This document shows positions 16,675-25,808 of a stretch of 64,000 nucleotides of DNA, in pieces; the stretch's first letter is position 1; every line of letters starts with the position of its first letter. Below the pieces are notes generated by a model. It saw only the letters and a list, made by a program, of their open reading frames with translations. It was not told the origin of the DNA and made no database searches. Where the stretch lies: positions 3,924-67,923 of the forward strand of contig CALXXL010000011.1 of the NCBI GenBank assembly GCA_944392655.1. The letters run 5' to 3'. The translations under genes and the position numbers were made by a program. This stretch comes from an uncultured Victivallaceae bacterium (lineage in GTDB: Bacteria > Verrucomicrobiota > Lentisphaeria > Victivallales > Victivallaceae).

Positions 16675-17181
16675 ATGAAAGTTTTTTGTTTTTGCTGGGA
16701 CAATATCAACCGGCTGGCGGCGATTATCGGCATTTTACTTGCTTATTCTATAATTGCGTTATTCATTTATGTCCAGTATACGGCCACATGGTATATCAAT
16801 CCTCCTCAGTCCGGCATTCTCTTCCTGACTTCTGATACACATACATTTTTTAAGCCGATTTTTCAAGTATGCGCCAATTTAATATTATTTTCCACATGGA
16901 GCGATATAGCCCGGCGGCAAATTGTTCATGATCTTAATTGGCGTGAAATAATAAACCGTTTTTTCCTTTTATGGCAATGTCTGCTGCCGGCACTATTGCT
17001 TATCGCAATATTCAAATGGATTGGATATCTGTACAAAGGAATCAAGACTAATGTCGAATATGGCGATCTGTTCATTAAAACACTTTACCCGTTTATCTGG
17101 AATTTTGTTATCGGTATAGCGGTCATCACTGCTATCCACTTCTGGAATAAGCGCAAACAATCGAATAGTAGCACAAAATAA
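16675..17181 (+). CDS. hypothetical multi-pass membrane protein (family A)
   Basis: 168 aa. Paralog of 4403-4921, ~85% nucleotide identity by eye over the first ~100 nt compared. Confidence 0.65.
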   Translation: MKVFCFCWDNINRLAAIIGILLAYSIIALFIYVQYTATWYINPPQSGILFLTSDTHTFFKPIFQVCANLILFSTWSDIARRQIVHDLNWREIINRFFLLWQCLLPALLLIAIFKWIGYLYKGIKTNVEYGDLFIKTLYPFIWNFVIGIAVITAIHFWNKRKQSNSSTK

Positions 17182-17310
17182 ATTACAAGCAAGGAATAGA
17201 AAGACACAATTATGGTTTCCCATGTTCCTGGAAAGTGATGGCAGAACCTGCTTGCAGAAGAGATAAATAGTGAAGTAAAATCAGACAAATATTAAAGAAA
17301 GGATACAGGA

Positions 17311-17838
17311 GTGAAGTGGAGCTATTTTAGAATTTCATTCGGCAACTGGGTGATCATCATCCTTTTGGGCTATATTATTTATTGCATCAACTGTTCAACC
17401 CCGCAAATAGAGATTCAAATGCCGCGCAACGCGCTTGAATATGAGACGATCAGTAAATTTGTAGCGGCATCGCTGAACCCCGATCAGCTGAATCCGGCAT
17501 TGATTGTCACCAATGTATACCCGATAGGCAATATACCTGGCCTCTATCTCTTTTACACCTATCGCGATGACGGAATAAATCCCAAGGAATATGGCATATA
17601 TGTCGTCGACTACACCGGATATAGATATACCCCGGATGGCATTGCTCCTTTGAGATTTTCCGGTGGAATAGCTTTCAGCGAACCTGAGTTTATACTGGCT
17701 CAGAATCAACTGCTGGTTAATATCGACGTTTATTCGCAGGGAAAATTTCAGCAAACCCGACAAATTGATCTTACTCCGTATGTGGAAATATATTCCGCCA
17801 GCGAAAACGCGAAAAATCTTTTGAACGGGACACGGTAA
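17311..17838 (+). CDS. hypothetical TM-anchored protein (family E)
   Basis: GTG start. ISFGNWVIIILLGYIIY anchor. Tandem paralog of 17845-18378. Confidence 0.55.
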   Translation: MKWSYFRISFGNWVIIILLGYIIYCINCSTPQIEIQMPRNALEYETISKFVAASLNPDQLNPALIVTNVYPIGNIPGLYLFYTYRDDGINPKEYGIYVVDYTGYRYTPDGIAPLRFSGGIAFSEPEFILAQNQLLVNIDVYSQGKFQQTRQIDLTPYVEIYSASENAKNLLNGTR

Positions 17839-17844
17839 TAGGGT

Positions 17845-18378
17845 ATGAGGAAACTCCGTATTATTGGCAGAATTTCATTCGGCAACTGGGTGATCATTGC
17901 CATGCTGATTTTTCTGGTGTACAGCATAAATAATACGCCCCCTGCCCTGACCTATCCGAAGCCGCAGGATTACCGGCTCTGCCACGCGGTCAGCAAATTC
18001 ACCGCCGACTCGATTGAAACAGACAACGGAACCAGACACGGCATGATGGTTTCCGACATATATCCTATCGGCGACACGGATGGGCTCTTCCTGCTTTACA
18101 GCTATATTGAAAATGCCGCGCCGCCTGCCGTCGAGGTAAATATTGTTGATTACACCGGAGCCATCTATAATCCGCCAGGCATCGGACCGCACGCATTATA
18201 CGGAATGGAATCGCTATCGACACCACTGTTTGTTCAGATAGATGGTCGACATTTTGTAAAAGTATCCCAGCATTACCGCGGCAACCGTTATCCATTAATA
18301 GAATGTGACCTTACCCCATATATTCAGTTGTACAAATCAAGACACCATAAATTTGAAAATCAATTAAATTATAAATAG
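17845..18378 (+). CDS. hypothetical TM-anchored protein (family E)
   Basis: ISFGNWVIIAMLIFLVY anchor. Shared motifs YPIG..GL(Y/F)L(F/L)Y and VDYTG..Y.P.GI.P. Confidence 0.6.
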   Translation: MRKLRIIGRISFGNWVIIAMLIFLVYSINNTPPALTYPKPQDYRLCHAVSKFTADSIETDNGTRHGMMVSDIYPIGDTDGLFLLYSYIENAAPPAVEVNIVDYTGAIYNPPGIGPHALYGMESLSTPLFVQIDGRHFVKVSQHYRGNRYPLIECDLTPYIQLYKSRHHKFENQLNYK

Positions 18379-18388
18379 AGAAAAAACT

Positions 18389-19348
18389 ATGAAAAAATTT
18401 CTTATTTCAGTTGCACTATGCGCAACCAGTCTGGTCTGGGGAATTGATGTACAAAATATCGATGGCAAACTGGTATTTGAACAGGATAATAAACCAATTT
18501 CCCCCAATGTTGTATATACGGAGCCAAATTTATATTTTCTTAATTCGTTTGAAGAAAAACCCGTGCCGGAAGCGCCGACTTTCTGTAGATTATATCCCAA
18601 TCGGGTTGACACCGTATTCATGTATGAGCCTGATAGTAAAGATATTCCAAGCCTGATAGCACTTATAGGCGGATGCCGCTATCAAAGTGTCCTGGCGGAT
18701 GCACACAGATATTTTCGTAAAGAAAATAAAGGGTTCTCTTTCGATAACATATATGAATTAAATTCGAATGGATTTTTCCTGCTTTACAAATGCATAACCA
18801 AAGATGGGCGGGTAATAGAAGAAAAAGGGCTTGCTCAATCCAATAAAGAGCCGCTACCAATGCTCACGCCACAGAAAATTTCATTGCAGAAAGCAGAAGA
18901 ATATGATAAGCTATTATTTGACCACAATAAAGCGGCTTTGCGGAATTTGAAGAATCCAACCACTCTATTAAAGGACAAAGAGAGCAATGTGTTTATTGAT
19001 TCATATAAAGTCTATAATGACGTCATAGTATGGGATGTATGTTGGCGAAACCAGAAGGCTTTCTGGATCTTTGATTTCTCTGATCCGAAAACAAAAATAA
19101 AAGTTGAAGCATACGGCGAAGTTTATAATTTATTTTCACAGGTCGTATATAACGGTGATTATGATTTCTCGCAGATATCCTTTTTTCAAATCGGCGATGA
19201 TAAATGCACCGTTCGTGTAAAACGTACAGGGCTAATGGAGTTATCGGCAGATATTGTTGTTCACAAGAAAGATCATGCACTGTTATATTCTTTAGAACTG
19301 GATCCGGAAAACGCCGATTTTAAATTAATAACTCCGGAACAAGATTGA
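18389..19348 (+). CDS. secreted protein, family S (variable N-half, conserved C-terminal domain)
   Basis: Signal peptide MKKFLISVALCATSLVWG. C-terminal FIDSYKV..IVWDV.W.NQK.FWIFDFSDP..KIKVEAY...YNLFSQ..YNG.YDFSQI is shared with 19457-20413. Confidence 0.7.
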   Translation: MKKFLISVALCATSLVWGIDVQNIDGKLVFEQDNKPISPNVVYTEPNLYFLNSFEEKPVPEAPTFCRLYPNRVDTVFMYEPDSKDIPSLIALIGGCRYQSVLADAHRYFRKENKGFSFDNIYELNSNGFFLLYKCITKDGRVIEEKGLAQSNKEPLPMLTPQKISLQKAEEYDKLLFDHNKAALRNLKNPTTLLKDKESNVFIDSYKVYNDVIVWDVCWRNQKAFWIFDFSDPKTKIKVEAYGEVYNLFSQVVYNGDYDFSQISFFQIGDDKCTVRVKRTGLMELSADIVVHKKDHALLYSLELDPENADFKLITPEQD

Positions 19349-19456
19349 AATGTTACAACTTTATAGCTGTCGCTGACGGTATATATCTTAACACTTATGG
19401 ACAATAAAATTATAACAACTTAATTACACATTCTGTAATTCATCACAGGAGAAGAG

Positions 19457-20413
19457 ATGAAAAAATTTCTTATTTCAGCTGCACTATGCGCAACCAGCCT
19501 GGTCTGGGGAATTGATGTACAAAATATCGATGGCAGACTTATTTTTACACAGGACAATAAGCCGATTTCCCCCAACGCGGCGTATTATGATAACAATATA
19601 TATTTCCTTAATACATTCGGCGAAAAAACCATAATGGGAACTACTATGGTTGGTGGATTATTCCCTCAGTTTGTTGATACCGGATGGATTTATGAGCCCG
19701 GCAAAGATCAGCCGGGAATATCAATGTTTATCGCGACGCGTCGGGATAGCATAATGACTAATTCAAACAGATATTTATATTCAGATTCTAAACAGATTTC
19801 ATCACTCTGGAACATATATAAATTAACCGGGGAAGGATTTTTCCTGAATTATTCCCATACCAAAGAAAATGAGCAAGTAATAGAAAAAGAAGGTTTTTTC
19901 CACTCTATCGAAGAATCTCCGCTGGTACTATCAGCGCAAAAGATTTCATCACAAGAAGTCAAAGATTATGATAATTTACTATTTGAGTCCAACAAGTCAG
20001 CATTGTTGAATTTAAAAGATCCGGTATCGGTATTGAAAAATGAAGATTTTGAACACTTTATCGACTCTTATAAAGTAAAAGATGATATTATAGTGTGGGA
20101 AGTGCGTTGGGCGAATCAAAAGGTTTTCTGGATTTTTGATTTCTCCGACCCGAATATCAAAATAAAAGTTGAAGCATACGACGAATCCTATAATTTATTT
20201 TCACAAATGGCCTATAATGGCGGTTATGATTTCTCGCAAATAACATTTTACCGGGTGGGAAACGATAAATGCACCATTCGCGTAAAACGTAAAGAGCTGT
20301 TGGATTTATCGGCAGATATTGTTGTTCATAAAGACGATCATGCGCTGTTATATTCATTGCAGGCAGATCCGGAAAACGCCGATTTTAAATTGGTAACTCC
20401 GAAACAAGATTGA
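19457..20413 (+). CDS. secreted protein, family S
   Basis: The first ~90 nt are nearly identical to 18389-18480. The C-terminal ~350 nt are ~85% identical by eye to 18990-19348. Confidence 0.7.
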   Translation: MKKFLISAALCATSLVWGIDVQNIDGRLIFTQDNKPISPNAAYYDNNIYFLNTFGEKTIMGTTMVGGLFPQFVDTGWIYEPGKDQPGISMFIATRRDSIMTNSNRYLYSDSKQISSLWNIYKLTGEGFFLNYSHTKENEQVIEKEGFFHSIEESPLVLSAQKISSQEVKDYDNLLFESNKSALLNLKDPVSVLKNEDFEHFIDSYKVKDDIIVWEVRWANQKVFWIFDFSDPNIKIKVEAYDESYNLFSQMAYNGGYDFSQITFYRVGNDKCTIRVKRKELLDLSADIVVHKDDHALLYSLQADPENADFKLVTPKQD

Positions 20414-20417
20414 AAAT

Positions 20418-20783
20418 ATGTACAGAACAATAGGTCGTTCATTCCTTTTTGGGGCTTTTAACTGTCTGCTTGCGGCGGATCTATTGTGGTGGATTTTTAT
20501 CTGCACAAATTGGAGCCATACATTTTATCACTACGGATATGCGAATCCCGGAATGGTGAAATGGTTCGGACAGGTAGGACTTATTTGCCTGACCGGGAAT
20601 TGTATTTATCAAACTATTGCAAAAACTAAAATGAATACCAGAATAGTGTCGTCATTTGCAATCGCAGTAGTTGCCGCGCTCAGCATGTTCTTTTTTGTTA
20701 TAAACCAGGACGGATTCAGTGAATTTATCGATTTTTTCCTTCAATTGAGCATGGAAGGAGTGTATGATGGCATTGTTAATTAA
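20418..20783 (+). CDS. hypothetical small membrane protein
   Basis: 121 aa, 3-4 hydrophobic helices. Confidence 0.5.
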   Translation: MYRTIGRSFLFGAFNCLLAADLLWWIFICTNWSHTFYHYGYANPGMVKWFGQVGLICLTGNCIYQTIAKTKMNTRIVSSFAIAVVAALSMFFFVINQDGFSEFIDFFLQLSMEGVYDGIVN

Positions 20784-21108
20784 ATCAGGTTATTCTGCGG
20801 CAAATTTGTTTATGACCGCAGCAGGGTTCTGGTGGTTGAGCATAATAACGCATCTTCAACGCAATCTTAACGAGTACTATATTATTGCATTTTCGCTCCC
20901 CTGTTGGGAAAACGTATATCTTATTTTCAATGTAATAATGTATGTCTACCTGGGAATCGGCATTGTAACGACAATTTTGTTTTGGATAGTAAAACCTGAA
21001 TGGCGTTCAAAATTATTGCTGTACTCATGGATGTTTACCATCTCTGTTGTTTTAGTTATGTTACAATGGTTTGCGGCAAATTCAGGGAATTTATTCTGGG
21101 GATTGTGA
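20764..21108 (+). CDS. hypothetical small membrane protein
   Basis: 114 aa, 3-4 hydrophobic helices. GGAAGGAG RBS; the second ATG (20767) has the better spacing. Confidence 0.5.
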   Translation: MMALLIKSGYSAANLFMTAAGFWWLSIITHLQRNLNEYYIIAFSLPCWENVYLIFNVIMYVYLGIGIVTTILFWIVKPEWRSKLLLYSWMFTISVVLVMLQWFAANSGNLFWGL

Positions 21109-21115
21109 GTACACG

Positions 21116-22021
21116 ATGCAAGTAATAAAACCTTTCCTGTCTGCGATCATACCGCTACTGTTGACAGTAGCGGTAAATGCGGCAACTCCTCAAATAAATA
21201 TCGGGAGAGCGCTTATCATTGCGACAATACCGCCGGCGACAATGCCGGAACTGATTTTCCGGAGCAGCAATAAGCCCGGAGTTATGATTTTTAACCGTTC
21301 AACTTCTGATTTAAGACCTTTTTTCACTGTTCATGTTTATGAAAAAACTTTTTATTTACGACATTACTGGAGAGAACAAAATGCTTTTTCAATAACAGAA
21401 ATCTGGGGATATTTAGATGGCAATGTTGAACTTATCCGCCGCGCCTGTGCGGATATAACCACGCCTATACCTGCCAGAAAGCTATCCTGGCAATGCTATC
21501 CATTATGTAACGGGAATAACTTCTCACAAATCGCCCAACCTGATAGCGGAAACTCTCCGGAAAAGTTTGAGTATAAAGAGTTGAATGCGGAAGCAATACA
21601 GAAATACTCCGCGCTTTTGTTTGAATCATCACCATTAATCAAGCATCTGCCGGAGGATTTCACCGCATTCAACCGGAACTTCAAATTCTATCGGGTAAAC
21701 GATGGTCTCTTTGTCATCAAAAATGGCGATGGTTCCATCGTATACTGCTTTAACTTCACCTCTTCCAGTAATGTGTGCGAAATAGAAATCTATGTGCATG
21801 ACAAACTGATTATGCAAATAGCGTATAATGGCGGTTATAACATTTCCACCCTTACCTTCTGCAAATCGGAAGAAAATGACGTTGTGATACGAACCAGCCG
21901 TCACAACAATGATGAGCTATTAATGGAATGTATGGTTAGCACGGTTCCGGATAAGGCAGTATTGTATTCTAAACAACTTGAACTATATAATATAAATAAT
22001 TCATCAGAGGAGAAGAGATGA
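21116..22021 (+). CDS. secreted protein, family S
   Basis: Start moved to the ATG at 21116 (MQVIKPFLSAIIPLLLTVAVNAA signal); the track start at 21071 is TTG inside the upstream gene. The C-terminal half is nearly identical to 22873-23796. Confidence 0.7.
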   Translation: MQVIKPFLSAIIPLLLTVAVNAATPQINIGRALIIATIPPATMPELIFRSSNKPGVMIFNRSTSDLRPFFTVHVYEKTFYLRHYWREQNAFSITEIWGYLDGNVELIRRACADITTPIPARKLSWQCYPLCNGNNFSQIAQPDSGNSPEKFEYKELNAEAIQKYSALLFESSPLIKHLPEDFTAFNRNFKFYRVNDGLFVIKNGDGSIVYCFNFTSSSNVCEIEIYVHDKLIMQIAYNGGYNISTLTFCKSEENDVVIRTSRHNNDELLMECMVSTVPDKAVLYSKQLELYNINNSSEEKR

Positions 22022-22860
22022 AAAAATTTCTATTCACAATAGTTATGCTTGGATGTACCGCATTCAGCTATGGTACGGAAAAAAGCGTCACTTCAGAGGA
22101 AGAACAACTAAAACTGAATCAGCAATTGTTTCAGACATTCCGGCAATCCGGAGATATGGTTGAAATGAAACGCCTGATTGATATGGGAGCAGACGTAAAC
22201 TATACCGAACACTACCTGAATATGATAACGCTGGCAGTTTGGAGTAACGATATTTGCATGACGGAATTTCTGATTGCCGAAGGCGCAGAACTGGTCAATG
22301 GAGAAGGAGAAAATAATCTATTGGATTACGCTCCGAGTAACGCTATGGCGGAAATCCTTTACAATCACGGAGTAAATGACCTTAATTCAGCATTAATCAG
22401 CCAGGCAAAAAACATTCTGCTTGGGAAACATAACATTCATAAAAATTCAATTGAATTTCTGATTGAACATGGTGTCTCCCCCGATACAACCTGGCGAAAT
22501 GCGTGGTCTGTTATGCCACTTGCGCTATTAAGTACAACCAACGATAACGCGTATGAAACCATAAAACTGCTTTTGCAATATGGTGCAGATGTCTCGCCTG
22601 ACGCCAATATGATGACCCCACTGCATTATGCAGCATATAACAACAATCCGCAAACAATAAATTTACTCATTGATCACGGACTCGACGTTAATGCTCAGGA
22701 TAAAAACGGTAACACTCCATTACATTGTGCCAAAAGTTTTTTAAAGGAAAATCCACGAGTCATTAAGACTTTGCTGGGACGCGGTGCAGACCCCAATATC
22801 CGAAACAAAGAGGGCAAACTGTATTCAGAAATTACCCGGGAAAACTTAACTTTTCTGTAG
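22018..22860 (+). CDS. secreted ankyrin-repeat protein
   Basis: Signal peptide MKKFLFTIVMLGCTAFSYG. Canonical ANK repeats (TPLHYAAYNNNPQTINLLIDHGLDVNAQDKNGNTPLHCA, LLGRGADPNIRNKEGK). Confidence 0.8.
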   Translation: MKKFLFTIVMLGCTAFSYGTEKSVTSEEEQLKLNQQLFQTFRQSGDMVEMKRLIDMGADVNYTEHYLNMITLAVWSNDICMTEFLIAEGAELVNGEGENNLLDYAPSNAMAEILYNHGVNDLNSALISQAKNILLGKHNIHKNSIEFLIEHGVSPDTTWRNAWSVMPLALLSTTNDNAYETIKLLLQYGADVSPDANMMTPLHYAAYNNNPQTINLLIDHGLDVNAQDKNGNTPLHCAKSFLKENPRVIKTLLGRGADPNIRNKEGKLYSEITRENLTFL

Positions 22861-22872
22861 GAGATTAACGGT

Positions 22873-23796
22873 ATGAAAAAAATCATTTTTTCACTAGCTG
22901 TATTTTTCGGATATGCCGCGCTTTACGGTGCAGAATCAACTAATGTTGCTCCGGAGATAAAAATCTATGATTCCATGGTCACCATGGAAATTGGTCACAC
23001 CGGCAAACCGGAGCTTGTATTCACTCCGGGCATAATTCCCGGAATACAGTTATACAACCGCGATGCGGATGACAATCAGAGATTTTTTCTTGCATGGACA
23101 TCCATAGATTCATTTTTTATAACTCAACGCTTGCGCCACGCTCCGAAATATGATGATGTATTTACAGAAGGCGACTTCAACGGGAAACATCTGCTGGAAG
23201 CGACTTTCGTTGCCGGAGAACAGGCTGAAAATTATGATATGGCAATCTATCAGCGTTACAGATTACATGAAGCTGATACCTTTGCACTGCTTATGAAATA
23301 TCCCGGCAGATATAATGATCGGGAATACTTCCTGCCGCAAAATTCTCCGGAAAAGTTTGAGTATAAAGAATTGAATGCGGAAGCAATACAGGAATACTCC
23401 GCGCTTTTGTTTGAATCATCACCTTTAACAAAACAGCTGCCGGAAGATTTCACCACATTCAACCGGAATTTCAAATTCTACCGGATAAACGACGGTTTCT
23501 TTGTCATCAAAAATAGCGACGGCTCCATCGCATACTGCTTTAACTTCGCCTCTTCCAGTAATGTGTGCGAAATCGAAATCTATGTGCACGATAAACTGGT
23601 TATGCAGATAGCGTATAATGGCGGTTATAACATTTCCACCCTTACCTTCTGCAAATCGGGAGAAAATGACGTTGTGATACGCACCAGCCGTCACGGCAAT
23701 GATGAACTGATGACGGAATATGTAATTATCTCTGCACCGGACAAGGCAATCCTTTATACGCCGGAGATTGAACTTGATGTTGAAATATTGAGATAG
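22873..23796 (+). CDS. secreted protein, family S
   Basis: AGGAG RBS, signal peptide. 23341-23705 is >90% identical by eye to 21551-21915. Confidence 0.7.
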   Translation: MKKIIFSLAVFFGYAALYGAESTNVAPEIKIYDSMVTMEIGHTGKPELVFTPGIIPGIQLYNRDADDNQRFFLAWTSIDSFFITQRLRHAPKYDDVFTEGDFNGKHLLEATFVAGEQAENYDMAIYQRYRLHEADTFALLMKYPGRYNDREYFLPQNSPEKFEYKELNAEAIQEYSALLFESSPLTKQLPEDFTTFNRNFKFYRINDGFFVIKNSDGSIAYCFNFASSSNVCEIEIYVHDKLVMQIAYNGGYNISTLTFCKSGENDVVIRTSRHGNDELMTEYVIISAPDKAILYTPEIELDVEILR

Positions 23797-23877
23797 GCTT
23801 ATTGTATGAGAGGCGAATATCTGGAAGGAGATAATGAAGAATAACCATAACAATAATTTTTTCTCAAGGAGTTCTTT

Positions 23878-25116
23878 ATGAAAAGAACAATGGTGTGTTT
23901 AACAATTACTCTTTTTCTGACTGGATGTATTTTTAAGTCACCAACCAGAGCACTCGCTCAGGTTGAAAGGATTGAATTATATGGTGCATACAACAGCGGA
24001 TTGACATTTAATCAATTGGTTGAATATATTACTGAACTCAAGCCGGAGGAGATAGCCGCAATACAATCTATTGCAACCCCAGAGCATTTCTCCGTAAATG
24101 ACAAGGTAAGATATGCCTCGCCATTTGCGTATCTGAAGGTTTATCTGAAAAATGGTATGTCGCAATATTACGGTATAGATTATAATGCCGTTGAGGATAA
24201 ATTCATGCTATATTACTCGTCCGATATCCGCTCTATGCCTATTTCAGCATATACAATTTCAATCATTGATCCGGAGTTAAATAAACAAATAAAAAGAATT
24301 CTCACTCGCTACCCAGGATCCAACGGCTCAGGATATCAAAATATAATCAGCGCAATTTCCCGGAACAACTCTGATGAAAATAACAACAATAACAGAGCCG
24401 GTATAATCCCACTTTTATGGGCTGAAAATGAATTGCGTCCGGGTTTTGTTTTCCGCTCATCCTGCCCCGACAATACAAATGAACAATTTATTTTTATCTG
24501 GAAAGACGGCAATCAATATAATTTAATTTATAATCGGAACAGTAATTTCAAATGCATCTTCTCTTTTACTGATGATCTAAGCAGTTACACCATTGATTCC
24601 ACCAATGATTTTTCAAAAATACAGCACTTTTACCGGAACGATGTGATTTCATCCGCCATAAAAGAGCAATACTTCACTCCGGATCAAAATTTCCGGGAAT
24701 ACCGCATTGAACCGGAAAGGCTATCGCCGTTACCTCTCGCCCCTCAGGAGATGGGAAAATATATTTCGCCATTTTTTACTAATGAGCCAACCAGCTTGAA
24801 GCATATCGCTGATTCCGGTGATTTGGAACTTATGCAATACGGTGAGAATCAAATCGTAGTCAATGCAGATAATGGTATGATATACCGGATAGAGTTTATC
24901 CCGTCAAAAAACACCTGTCTTATAAGCGTAAAATATAACGATACAACTTTTATGCAGATATCAATCAAGGATAATCAGATTATTCAGCTTATCGGCAATG
25001 AACAGGAGGGTTTCACCCGTACTGAATTTGATAACTCCAGCTGTACTGTCAGTTATATAAACAACCATAACGGCGAGCGGATTTTACGCGAAACACATAT
25101 TAATAAACGCAGTTAA
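23878..25116 (+). CDS. lipoprotein, distant family S member
   Basis: AAGGAG RBS, lipobox LFLTGC. The C-terminal region (YRIEFIPSKNTCLISVKYNDTTFMQISIKDNQI) follows the family S C-domain pattern only loosely. Confidence 0.6.
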   Translation: MKRTMVCLTITLFLTGCIFKSPTRALAQVERIELYGAYNSGLTFNQLVEYITELKPEEIAAIQSIATPEHFSVNDKVRYASPFAYLKVYLKNGMSQYYGIDYNAVEDKFMLYYSSDIRSMPISAYTISIIDPELNKQIKRILTRYPGSNGSGYQNIISAISRNNSDENNNNNRAGIIPLLWAENELRPGFVFRSSCPDNTNEQFIFIWKDGNQYNLIYNRNSNFKCIFSFTDDLSSYTIDSTNDFSKIQHFYRNDVISSAIKEQYFTPDQNFREYRIEPERLSPLPLAPQEMGKYISPFFTNEPTSLKHIADSGDLELMQYGENQIVVNADNGMIYRIEFIPSKNTCLISVKYNDTTFMQISIKDNQIIQLIGNEQEGFTRTEFDNSSCTVSYINNHNGERILRETHINKRS

Positions 25117-25276
25117 TTTTTTAATAATAAAATAAAATCTCTTACCCCATGAAGGAGTTTAAAACAACTGTTTTTTTAAGGAATAGCAGTATAAAAATGT
25201 GGTTAACGTCTTTTTCGGTAATAAAAAATAATTTATCAAATTTTATAGTCGGAATTGTACTGTTTTCGTGCATTGA

Positions 25277-25753
25277 ATGGCTTGGCTTCTGATGGCGCTC
25301 ACTACAAATTGCTGTCAACTTGTAATATTCAGAGATACAGGCATATTACTGGTATTTTTCTTTAACATGGGATTAGGCAATTTACCTCTGTTGATAATCT
25401 GGCTTCTGGGACTGGAGTATTGGAACGGCATCGCCTATATTACCTTTAAAAAAATATTACCATACTGTAAATTATGCTCAAGCCGATATAAAGTAAAATA
25501 TGTGCCGCATCAGCCATTTCATAAATATTTGACCATCGGAGTAATATTTGCCCTCATAAGCTCATGCATCTCTCCATTTTTCAACTTGATCTTTCTTATG
25601 GTTTATCCGCCTTTCGATGAACCGGATAAACAAATCCCATCATTTTTAGGATTATATTTTACATGTGCGGTAATCTCCGGCCTGCTTTATGGAGTAATAT
25701 GGTTTATGCTGAATAAATACAAAGTAGTCAGGCAGCAACCATATAATCGATGA
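25277..25753 (+). CDS. hypothetical 4-TM membrane protein, possibly 5'-truncated by a 5-nt duplication
   Basis: 158 aa, no SD sequence. The upstream ORF 25149-25292 would fuse in frame if one copy of the tandem GGCTT (25279-25288) were removed. Confidence 0.45.
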   Translation: MAWLLMALTTNCCQLVIFRDTGILLVFFFNMGLGNLPLLIIWLLGLEYWNGIAYITFKKILPYCKLCSSRYKVKYVPHQPFHKYLTIGVIFALISSCISPFFNLIFLMVYPPFDEPDKQIPSFLGLYFTCAVISGLLYGVIWFMLNKYKVVRQQPYNR

Positions 25754-25808
25754 TCAGAGATAAAAAAACTGTACTTCTTAATTGAATTAAAGCCGCCAAG
25801 TTCCATAT

